This document shows, piece after piece, positions 22,560-34,900 of a stretch of DNA of 64,000 bases. Source of the stretch: Heteronotia binoei (taxonomy: Eukaryota); contig NC_083224.1 in NCBI RefSeq assembly GCF_032191835.1, positions 93,062,001-93,126,000 on the forward strand. Reading direction: 5' to 3'. Positions within the stretch are counted from its first letter, which is position 1. Each line of letters starts with the position of its first letter. The notes beneath the pieces were generated by a model. That model saw nothing but the letters and a program-made list of their open reading frames with translations. It ran no database searches and was not told the origin of the DNA. The translations under genes and the position numbers were made by a program.

Positions 22560-22960
22560 CTACAACCAACCACGCTCTCATGATCCACGAGGAAGGGCGC
22601 ACCACTGCTTCCGGTCCCCGAGAGTCGGCCGGAATGTACTTCCGATTCTGCTCCGACGCTCTTTCGCCGTGCTTCTAGGACGCCGTGTCCATGGCAACTA
22701 GTTCAGCCGCTCTCTGTTTCAGTCTCTCTGTTTCGACACTGGGATCGTTTCAGCGAACACCGCCGAGCCTGCGAGCCGGAGCCCGGGGAAAGAAGCCTGC
22801 TACCTGAGAGGGAACAAGACGTCGAAATGAAAAGAGCATCAACAGGGAAAGATTTGCGGAAGAGCTGAGGAACCCCAAAGAGAGGGCTGTAGGAAACTAA
22901 CTTGCGGCGGAGACTCTAACGTTTGTGTCTCTCTTCCAGCATAGGTTGCTAAACCTCGGG
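22560..22960. promoter_or_regulatory. Bidirectional CpG-rich promoter EBNA1BP2 / CFAP57
   Basis: CpG-rich. ETS-type GCTTCCGG 22607-22614 and CCGGAA 22629-22634; RFX X-box GTGTCCATGGCAAC 22685-22698. The head-to-head arrangement matches my recall of the human locus. Confidence 0.8.
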
Positions 22961-22964
22961 CGTC

Positions 22965-25900
22965 ATGTCGGTGATTGTGGCACAAGCTCTCCACATCTTT
23001 GGGTTCCAATCTCGTGTAGCAAATAATATTTGCTTTTTTGATGAACAAATAATAGTGTATCCCTCGGGGAATAGCTGTGTGAAATATCACATAGAACAGA
23101 AATGGCAGAAGTTCATTCCAGGTAAATGAGCCTCTTCGCTCTACCACTTCCTTCTTGTTCAGGGTTCCCCACCTTCAAAATCTGAAAGGGTGCCAGGTTC
23201 ATGAATAGGCAAGCTTGTCACACATGTTTGGCTTCTGTCTTTTTGGTTGTAGAATTTATAAACATTAGTCAAAAATTAGTTGTACAAATTAATCAGTTAA
23301 AATTTGTGGGTGGAGGAGTTGGGTTCAGGGTACAAATAAAACATCGAAAGTGATGTCCTGATATTCCATCAAAGCAAGACTCAATTGGGAAAATCCTTGA
23401 AATAGCAGAGCCGGACAAACTTTCTACGCTCTTGAAGGAAAAAAGAAACCAAGAGATAGAGACTATTTGGAACCCTTTATATATATGGTTTGACAATTTG
23501 TGATCAATTTCATCTAGCATAGCTTTGTAATACTCTAATTTGGAACCTTACTTGATGCACTGATTTTCTATGTAAGATCATAACTGGTTTCAGATCCCCT
23601 ACTGATTTTTAATTATGCTTACTCCTGATGATATTATCTTTAAATTACTTTTTTTTCTCTTACTTTTTTTTGTATTAATGACTAGAGCAGAACTAAGGTG
23701 TTGAAATTTTCTTCTTCTATTCCCTGTCTCCCCCCCCCCCCTCTTTCCTGTATGTTTAAAAACCTGAATAAAATATATATATATAACAAAAATGAAAAGC
23801 ATGGTGGGGGAAGAATAACTAGCAAATCTAAAGTTGACATTTCTTAATACTTTCCAAATAGGATCTTAGTTTTTGTGTATTCTGCTCATTAGTGGGTGGG
23901 CCATGCAAATGGAAATTCCTGGGATTTGGATTTTCTGAATTATTGCTCATGGAAAAATTGAAATTGATTTCCCTTTGGTCACATCTCTTTGAAAAAATGT
24001 TGCATTAGACTAACTGAACATTTTTCTGTGTACTTTATAGGCTCAGAAAAAAGCCAGGGGATGCTGGCATTGGCTATTAGCCCAAACCGAAGGTACTTGG
24101 CAATTTCAGAGACAGTACAGGATAAGCCTACTATCACAATCTATGAACTGTCATCTGTCCCATGCAAGAAGCGAAAAGTCCTGAATACCTTTGATTTTGC
24201 TGTTCAGGAATTTGTTAGTCTGGGGTTTTCTCCTGATTCCAAGTATCTAGTGGCTCAGACAGGACCTCCTGAATCAAACCTTGCATACTGGATGTGGGAA
24301 AAGCAAAGATTAATGGCAATTGTCAAAGTTGATATTCAGAGCAACCCTCTATATCAGGTAAGGTGGGAGAGAAAAATCCCTTCTTCATGATAGACATTTC
24401 CTGGGATGCATTTGGATAACTTGCTTGAATTGGTGCAATCAACTACTAACTATGAAGCCCTGCGTGCATTTTCATCAATGAAAAGAAGAAGAAGAAGAAG
24501 AAGAAGAAGAAGATGATATTGGATTTATATCCCGCCCTCCACTCCGAAGAGTCTCAGAGCGGCTCACAATCTCCTTTACCTTCCTCCCCCACAACAGACA
24601 CTCTGTGAGGTGGGTGGGGCTTGAGAGAGCTCTCACAGCAGCTGCCCTTTCAAGGACAACCTCTGCCAGAGCTATGGCTGACCCAAGGCCATTCCAGCAG
24701 GTGCAAATGGAGGAGTGGGGAATCAAACCCGGTTCTCCCAGATAAGAGTCCGCACACTTAACCACTACACCAAACTACACCTGTAATGCTGGGTACAAAA
24801 TTCTTCAAACGATGATGGAAGCTAACCATAAATTTATTGAAACATTTATATTTGGTCTTTCCTTATGGTTCAAGATGGCTTACACTAATAAGCCATAAAC
24901 ATCCCAGCAAGTAATTAGGAGCCTCTTTCGTAGTCATGTTCTTATACATTGAAACTATATCACCTACACCAATGGAGGCATAGAGGCATAATCAGAAAAA
25001 AGCTCCTGTATACCATCTACAACTTGCTCTATGATTAAGCACTATCTACATGCAGTGCTGGCAAACATGCCTTTTGTAAGAACCACACCAGGCAGAGTGC
25101 TTAATCTAAGTTTTGATTGGCAAGGTGGCTGGAGATACGGCCTGACAGCTCTTGCTACTCTTTGTGAAACAGGGCCATTTCAAGTTACAAGTAATTGTGG
25201 CTACTGGAGGACTTTCAAACAAACCTGTAGTGGGAGTTCCATGTTAGGTACTTAGTTCCCAGGTGCACCAGGGAGAAGGGGCTTAAGCTCCCCCTCTCCA
25301 CATTTTCCTGACCTGAAGTGGCCCAAGTGAGCCACTATTTGGCCTGCTGCAGATATACAGCTTATCCCATCAGTACATGTAAGTTTCCCCAGTGGGCAAA
25401 TAGTGGCTCTGAGGACCATTTATGTTGGGAAAGCATAAGCCCTCTCTCTCTTTGTATGTCAAGAGTCATGATCTGAATGGGATATGCAATCACCTAGGAA
25501 TTAAGTGAAGAGCCCTGTGGCGCAGAGTGCTAAAGCTGCAGTACTGCAATCTGAGCTTTCTGCTCATGACCTGAGTTTGATCCTGGCAGAAGCTGGGTTC
25601 AGGTAGCGAGCTCAAGTTTGACTCAGCCTTCCATCTTTCCGAGGTTGAAAAGTCTGTGAAAACATTGTGAAAGCAACGTCACGCCAGAGTTGGAAATGAC
25701 TGGTGCTTGCACAGGGGACTACCTTTACTTTACTTTTTAGGAATGAAGTGTCCAGCAGGGAACTTTCAGAACACATCTGCTGAAATTCCTCATAGGAGAT
25801 GTGGATTTGTGATATGTCAATTAGCAGTTTGGACTTCCTTTCTGTAATCACTGGTCATCAAATAGTATACCATAATCAGGGGTGGAATTCTAGCAGGAGC

Positions 25901-28900
25901 TCCTTTGCATATTAGGCCACACATCCTTGGTTTAGCCAATCCTTCAAGAGCTTACAAAAAAGAGCCTTGTAAGCCTCTTGGAGGATTAGCTACATCAGAG
26001 AGTGTGGCCTAATATGCAAAGGAGCTCCTGCTAGAATTCCACCCCTGACCATAATGATTTGCTAATTTAATAAAGTGTAGATGAACTTTTGCTCATTTAT
26101 AATATGCTGTGATTGCTTTGTGTTTGGTTAACTAGAGTCATGAAAATCACCAAATGCCTCTTCACATTACCATCAGATAACTGGCATCTTGGAACAATAC
26201 TGTTACGTTTTTATCCTGTGTTTTCTTCGTGGAGGTCAGGGCAGTGTACATGATTCTCCCCTTCTTTATCTTTGAAATAATTATAGGAGATAGGTCAGTG
26301 GAATGTGTATGTGTGTGTAGAATGACTGGCTAAAGGTCACCCAGTAAATTTCATGGTTGAGGATTAGAACATGGGATTTCTCCATGCTACTCCAGTACAC
26401 ACTAGTGGTGATCACTTTCTTTACCATTGTTTGCATGCCAAAAGTCTCAAGTTCAGTCCTCAGCATATCCAATTTAAAGGATGTGTGTGGGGGGGGAGAA
26501 TCCTGCCTAAAACCTTGAAGAACCATTGCCAGTCAGAGCAGATGGTACTGAGCTAGACAAGCCAATATTCTGTGTTGTTATAAGGTGACTTCACATAGAT
26601 TCACTTCCCTTCATAAATATATAGGATACAATCTCAGGGCTTTTTTTTTTTAGCAGGAACACATAGGAATGCAGTTCTTTTTGGCCATTGTGTGACAGAG
26701 TGTTGGACTGGATGGGCCACTGGCTGGATCCAACATGATTTCTCTTATGTTCTTATGGTTAGGGGTGTGGCCTAATGTGCAAATGAGTTCCTGCTGGGCT
26801 TTTCCTACCAAAAAAGTCCTGTGCAATCTTACAGTGAATGAGTATTTAAAATACTGATTTAGGTGAAAGATGGTGTTACATGCATTATAACATTACAATT
26901 CTAGATACAAACTGCAATCTTAAAAATACCTTCCTCGGATTAAGCCCCATTGTATAAAATGGAATTTACTTCTCTGAGTAGATGTCTCTACTCCATAATG
27001 TCTTAAATAATTCTTATTACTTTTTATTATTCAAATAGCACAGAATTATGTATAATTAGGGGTTATTTTTGAGTTTGGCTAATCTGGGGGGAGGGGTACC
27101 TTACCTGACCAGGAAAATATTTTTTTTTTTTTTGCAGGCCAGAAATAAATGGATACATTGATATGGATAAATGCATCCAGGGCTTTTTTTGTAGCAGGAA
27201 CTCTTCTGCATATTAGGCCACAACCGCCCGATGTAGCCAATCCTCCAAGAGTTTACAGTAGGCCCTGTAAGAAGAGCCCTGTAAACTCTTGGAGGATTGG
27301 GGTGTGTGGCTCAATATGCAGAGGAGTTCCTGCTACAAAAAAAGGCCTGAATGCATCATATTTAATGTAATTATTTGATGTGGCTACCTTAAACATCTCA
27401 TCTGGGTCTGTGTGTGTGTGTAATTGACCGATGTATATTGTCATTGAGGAAAGGAAAGGTCCCCTGTGCAAGCACCAGTCGTTTCCGACTCTGGGGTGAC
27501 GTTGCTTTCACAACGTTTTCACGGCAGACTTTTTACGGGGTGGTTTGCCATTGCCTTCCCCAGTCATCTACACTTTCCCCCCAGCAAGCTGGGTCCTCAT
27601 TTTACCGACCTCGGAAGGATGGAAGGCTGAGTCAACCTCGAGCCGGCTACCTGAAAACCCAGCTTCTGCTGGGGATTGAACTCAGGTTGTGAGCAGAGAT
27701 TAGGGCTGCAGTACTGCAGCTTTAACACTCTGCGCCACGGGGCTCTTCTCATTGTCATTGAGACCACTTTGTAAATACTTAAGATTTTTATGCTATACAT
27801 TTGAAATTTTCCTTGTAACAGTACAGTATTCCATGTAATAATCATTTACTGACAGTTGCACATAATGATTCTTGGGTGATCATTTGTTTGTTGTTTTCCA
27901 GGTAAGCTTCAACCCACAGGATAATACCCAAGTTTGTGTAACAGGAAATGGCATTTTCAAACTTTTCCGATACACAGAGGGAACCTTAAAACAAACCAAC
28001 TTTCTGCGAGGGGAGCCTCAGAACTATCTTTCTCATGCTTGGCTCTCTGAAGAGAAGGTGATTGTGGGCACTGACACAGGAAAGCTTTACTTATTTGATT
28101 CTGGAGATCTACGTTGGGAGACCAGTATTGAGCACAAAGAGGAAGCCATTCATACAGAAAAGGAGGAAGCAGTACAAGAATCAGAAAGGTGAGGCAGTCT
28201 TTAAACTATTTTGTCTGAAACTATCAGCATCATCCACAGATAAACCAGTACAATCTAGTAGATAATGTGTTGAACTATGATCTAGAAATCCTAGACAATG
28301 TATCCCAAACATGTATCTCAAACATAACTTTACTAATAGTCTTGGAAAACAATCCATTTTATCAAAAAAAGTTGTTAAGTATTATGTTTAGGATTTAGAT
28401 ATAGATTGCTTACAGTGGAATACTAGATTTGTCCAATTTTAAGTATATTTACTCAGAAGTTTGTTCCATTGAGTTCATTGGGATTTACTTCCTAGTAAGA
28501 GTATGCAGAATTACAGCCTTCAATCACAACTGTCTTTGCATTAATACAAGGACTGTATCCCTACCACTATTAATATACAAATTTAAAACAAAATAATTAA
28601 TTGTACACAATGCATGACTGACATTTGGAATTTATATAATTCTCTGGGTGCTACTGATGGACTGATTGTCTCCCCCTTTTTTTTAAGCCTCATTGAATTT
28701 CCTGCTACCAGTTCTCCTGAAGTCTCCAGTGACATGATTTTTGAACCTGAAACTCAGCAGCAAGCATCTCTGCCCCGAGTCTCTGCTGTTGCTACCTATT
28801 CCAAAGGCTTTGCTTGCTCAGCTGGCCCAGGAATTGTTCTTTTGTTTGAGAAGTCAGAAGAAAAGGAAGGTTATAAAGAGAGCCGAGAAATACGGGTAGG

Positions 28901-31900
28901 TAGGGGTGTTAGAGATAAGAATAGTATATTTGACAACTAGTATGAAGCATCCTGTCTTACAGAGCAGAGTGCAGTAGATGCCTAAGCCAGTTCTTAAGGA
29001 AAGGCTGACACTGGGAGATGCATTGGTTTCTATGCACATAGTCAGGTTGCAGGATAGCTCCAGGAGAACTGAGCTATATCTTTAGCAATTTCCTTACATG
29101 AGACTGGACAGAAGGCTTCTGTTTTAATGGGGAAATCATTTCTCTTTAGGAAAAAAGGTGATTTAGGAAGGCTGAGGCAGTTCTACTGATTTGTAAAATA
29201 TTAAGGTGATCAAGTGTATTGAAAGTGGGTATTTTAGAGGTAACATAAACATTGATGCCATTTTGCTGTCATTAGTTATGGAAATATACTTGTTGCTCTA
29301 CTCTACTTGAAAAGTATGTATGGAGGACAGTTATCTAACTACCCTGGTTTATTACATAGGTTCCACAGGACCAGTGCAGCAGTGACCCAAACCAATCAGA
29401 TAAGCAGGAGGTTGTATGTATTGCCTTCAGCCCTGCAGAGGAGACACTCCTCATCAGCACAAATAAGAATCAGATCTATTTGCTTTCCATGGCCTCAGCT
29501 GAAATGAGCAGGGTGAGTTTGTTCTGCCCAACAGATTTTTGAGCAGTGATATAAGTTCTTAACCAAATAGCAGTTCAAATAACTGTGATGCAAAAACTCT
29601 GGCAGAAACAAGCCAGTGGCATCAAAGCATCCACCTACCTTCATTGTGGTAATACTTCAACAGTACTGAAGGAAAATTAAGCAACAGTAGCAAGTACTCA
29701 CATAGGACTATGTCTAGCTGACATTTTTATATTTCACTAGGGAGAAACAGCTCACTTTGAATATCTGAATTGCCCATTACATTCTTCTTCTATTACTGGC
29801 TTGGACACCTGCATTCGCAAGCCCCTTGTTGCTACATGTTCATTGGATAAATCTGTCCGCATCTGGAACTATGAAAACAAGTAAGAAGCCATATTCTGCT
29901 GCACTGTTTTTGGTTACTATGCATATGGTCCCAATTCCCTGAAGAGAGAACAAGCAATCATAAGGGGCAAGTGTCAGCCTTATTCTACTAAACAGCAAGT
30001 GCTTATATTTGCTCAGAAAATAGAGTACTACTAAGAGATGATGGTTAGAATAGAAATGAGTCTATCTCTTTGTCTACTGACTGGCAAGATTCAAATATAT
30101 TTGTAATGGTTCGATAGGGAAGGTTCAAAGAGGACGCACATACCTGCAGCAGGTCACAGGAATACTGCATATGTTGCATAACTATATGTAATTATTCTAT
30201 ACCTAGAAAAAATTGTATATTTAAAGTTGAGAGACTTAGGAAGCCTGTTGATTCTTACATTTTTTCATGTATCAGTAGAAAGCTTTTCTTTAGAAGTGTC
30301 TAATTTAAATATATTTATGTAGAAGCAAAACACTTTCATTGGTTCTTCTTAGGACAAAATACTAAGTATTTATTTACTTATACTCTGTTCTTCTCCCCAA
30401 TGGGCATCCAAAGCTGTTTACATAATTCCTCCATTGTATCATCACAATAATCCTGTGAGGTAGGTTAGGTTGAGAGTATGCAACTGGCCCAAGGTCATCC
30501 AGCAAACTTCCATGGCAGATTGGGGATTCAGATCTGGGTCTCTCAGATTCTAGTCCAACATGCTAACTACTACACCACACTTGATCTTAAATGAAACATA
30601 ATTAGTTTAAATTACAATAATATTGTGCATATTTATATCTATCGACCTATCAATGAAAAGCAACAGTTTACTCAAGATGGTGAATTCCAGCAATTCCTGC
30701 CCCCCAAAGCAATCTGCTGTACCACATCTCATGTCTTTATTGATTGTCCTTTGAATCTCAAGAATGGCTTTTTGGTGGGAGGGGGCACAGCAGTCTGCCT
30801 TGAGAAGAGGGAGAGAAGCAGCAAAGAGCTGTTCTTTCCTTTTGCAGTTTAGCTTCAGACCATTTTTTCCAAAGAGAAAATCCACCATGTAGGACTAGCT
30901 GGGAAATCTGAACATGGAATTATATATTCCATCATAGATCTTTCATGTGCTATAGATAGCATAAGTGAACACTGAAGCAATAAGAAGAATCAATCGCTAG
31001 GAGTATCCCAGAAGAATTGAGAAAATAGCTGTATAGAGGGGAAACTGTTGGTGGGATCCAAAGTGTCATCAGTAGAGCTTTGCAAATGCTGTCCAACTGA
31101 AGCCCACCAAGCTTTTTGCAACAGTGCTCCTGAGAACAGGGAGCCCTCAGGATCAGTATTGAGGATAATAAGCAAATATTGTGGGTTTCAGGACAACTTT
31201 CAAGGGATATAAACCTAACAAATTAAAACAGGGCAGTTGAATCTGCTCAGCTTTGTCTAACCCATTCAGAAATAATGACTGAAATAGTCTCATACTAACC
31301 ATTCTAGCCTAATCAGCATTTTGCAGGGAGTAGCACTAATTGCAGGTTTGCAGGGGAGAAGGCTGAGCTGTGCATTGACTGTTATGTCTGTTCTCTCTGC
31401 AGCTCACTGGACCTGTACAAGGAGTACCAAGAGGAGGCATATGCACTGTCTCTTCACCCTAGTGGCCTGTACGTTTTGGTTGGCTTTGCTGACAAACTCC
31501 GACTCATGAATCTGCTAATTGATGACATCCGAACTTTTAAGGACTTTACCATACGAGGCTGCAGGGAGGTGAGAAGTAAATGAGTAGCATGTATGGGGGC
31601 ACAAGAAGGAAAGGAAGAGTGTGGATTGTGAACATATGGGAAGATGCCAGGGCAGGTAGGAAAAGGAGCATTTTCTGACTGGTAACTTGCATCTAGGTAC
31701 AAAAAAATGATAAGAATATGGACTACTGGAGGCTGCTTTCCAGGTATTCTGGGTAACTGTTAGTTTCTGGGTAACTGTTGCTTTCATAAAAATATTGCCT
31801 TATGTGTGTCTTCTTTGCTTCATATTGGTTTCTGCTTCTCACTGCAGTGCGTTTTCAGTAATGGGGGTCACCTATTTGCAGCAGTAAATGGAAATGTAAT

Positions 31901-34900
31901 TCACATTTACTCCTCCACAACTTTTGAGAATGTCATTAACTTGAAAGGACACAATGGGAAGGTCAGTGAATGTCATCTATAATAGTAATAAAGTGTATTG
32001 AACAGAATGTATCTTAAATTCCAAACGAACAAGATCTCACAAGATGCTAGACATTTATTTATATTGGAAATTGGAACAATAAGGAGAACACCCTAGTAGA
32101 GGAGCAGGCAGGATTCAGAAGTGGGCACTTTACAATGGTTCAGTGCCTGATTCTGCACCACTTAGTGGATACACTTCCAGACTAATGTTTCCTCTAAGCT
32201 GCAGAGTCTTGTGAGCAAAAATTCTACTTTATGAACTACTGGCATTAAAGTTGTGTGCTCTGGAATCATCCTTCCTGAGCTAAGACAAAAATATGTGAGC
32301 TGAAGGCTAAAAGTCTGTGAGCTAGCTCATGCTAACTCAGCTTAGAGGGAACACTGTCCCAGACCATATGGTTCCATGGACAGTATGGAGCACTATATGC
32401 AGCTTTTGTAGATTACAGGATGGCATTCAATAGTATATCATGCAATAGGCTTTGGTCAAAACTTGAGACCTCCTCAATAGACTGCAGACCTTTTGCTTTT
32501 ATTTGTGCACTTCATGAGAACAACAACCTGTCTGTGAGATGTAATCTGTGAGGGCATTTGTCCCACAAAATCCCAGGTAGGAGAGGAATGAAACAAGGCT
32601 GCATTCTTGCCCCCTTATTATTTAACATATATAAATTCTATGGTCCAGACATTATCCAACCCTGATTCCCATCCACCAAAATTGGCCAAAAGAACCAATC
32701 CCTACACTTTTGTATGCTGATTACACGGTCATCTTTTCAAATTTCAAGTTTTTTATTAAGTTTAAACAGAAGGGGAGGGGGGAGAGAGAGAGAACAATAC
32801 CAAAGAAAAATAAAATATACACGCTACAGTTATTTCTACTACAGAAAAAGCTATAAGATTCATTATACTTGCAAGCTACTGTATCTTAACCAAATATTAC
32901 CATTAAATTCTACAAACGTTTTGTGACCTTTTATGATTTCTTACAGTTCTGTAAAACAAATTATAGATCATATCCATTTGTCCTTAATACATATAACAAG
33001 AAAGAAGGAAATGAAAAGAGGAAGGAAAAATAACAAGCAGAATAATTAAAAACAAGAAAAAAGGAAAATGTGAAGGAGAAAGTGAGGAAAGATTTTTAGT
33101 CTGTCATACAAGCTCTTTACTGCCAAAAAATAAGATAACTTCTCAATACAACCCTTTGACCATCTATACTAACGAGAATTCCAAGCAAAATGTGAAAAGC
33201 AAATCTCCAATGTTATACAGCATATCTATTCTCTAGGATACCATAAATTGATAACAGTGAAGCATACACTAAAAAAAGTTATTCAAAATTAATTAAACAT
33301 TCTTGGAGACAACATTTGCCCAAATGCCATAGTACTTATAAAGAGAGGAGAGAAAACAAGTCTTAATCTACCATACAAGCTTGTTTACTACCCAAGAAAG
33401 AGAGAATGCTTAATTATGACATAACCTCCAATAAGTTGCTTTAACCAAATTTGAACAGAAAAAAATACTAAAATAATTCTTTACATGGCTAAAATTTCGT
33501 CTAATTTACTATAAGCCAATAGATAGAAGACATCTCTCTTAAATACTATTCAAATCAATTTAAATTATTAGGGACAATGCCTACCCAATATTCAAACATA
33601 TGTAAAAGCAGAAGAAGAGAGAAAAGTACATTCAAAAATATCAAAACAAAGATGCTTCCAAATTGTGGTCAACTTCTAATTTGTAAAATTATAAGTAACT
33701 TTTAATACTTCTAGTTTCACTGAGGACTTAGCGTCTAGAAATAAAATATGGCAAAAATGAACAATCAGGTGTCGGATAGATTTTGGAAATTTAAATGCCA
33801 TGAAGGATCTTTCTACCATATGTGGTGGACTTGCAAAAAGGCGAAACAATTTTGGCAAATGATTCAGCAAGAGATTTGGAAAGTTTTGGGATATAATATC
33901 AAGAAGGCACCAGATATCTTTTTGTTGAGATTACAAATGGAAAAATGTCAAAAGCAAGATAGAACAATAATTTGGTATATGCTTTCAGCTGCACGGATAT
34001 TATATGTGCAAATGTGGAAATAAGACAAAATACTAGAAATGTGGGAATGGACTTTGAAAGTCATGCACTGGAGTGAAATGGACAAACTTACAAGAATCTT
34101 AAAAGAACAAGATCTAGAGAAGTTTAAAAACAAGTGGGGAAAGGTTCAAAAATATATGGAAAAACAATGGAACGTTAAAGGACATTTGGTGATCTTTGAC
34201 AATGGTTAATCTTTAAAGAAACTATATATGGATTACAGTTTTTTAAAAAAAGTAGGATTAGTGGATTATAACTGTTTCATTTACTTGCTAATTTCTAAGA
34301 ACTACCATGAAGATGGATTATAATTATAACCTTGGGGGTTTTTGGAGAAAGATTCTTTAATAGATAGAGTTTATTACCTTATAACAAACTAAATTAAATA
34401 GTAATATGGAGATGTCTGTTAAGGGGGTAGGCACTGCTGGAGGTCACCAAAAAGGGTGTGTGTGTGGAGAAAATGTTATATATGTGTATTAACATTTAAT
34501 GACAAATGATAACATACCATTACAATATATTACATTATAATAAATTGTTTTTTAAAAAAAGAAATAAAATATAAACTATCCCTTTAGCTATTCAAAATAT
34601 TTGTCTCTATAATTTGTTATTAGCTATTGTTTTATCCTTTTAATATTTTCTCCCCAGTGTACTTTAAGTTTTTTTAAGAAGCACCCTCTTTATAAAAAAT
34701 GCTTATAAAACCTTCAATATCATCATTTCCTAGAATCCAGCCTATTTTTCCATCCAATTCCCTATTTTTAATTTAATGTTCATACAAACCTACAAATCCC
34801 CTGGTTTAGACTTTAATTTATACCATCCAACTGAAAAATTTAAAAATAAATGATAAAGCCCTAAAGATCCAAATTTCCAAAATAATACACCAATTCCATG

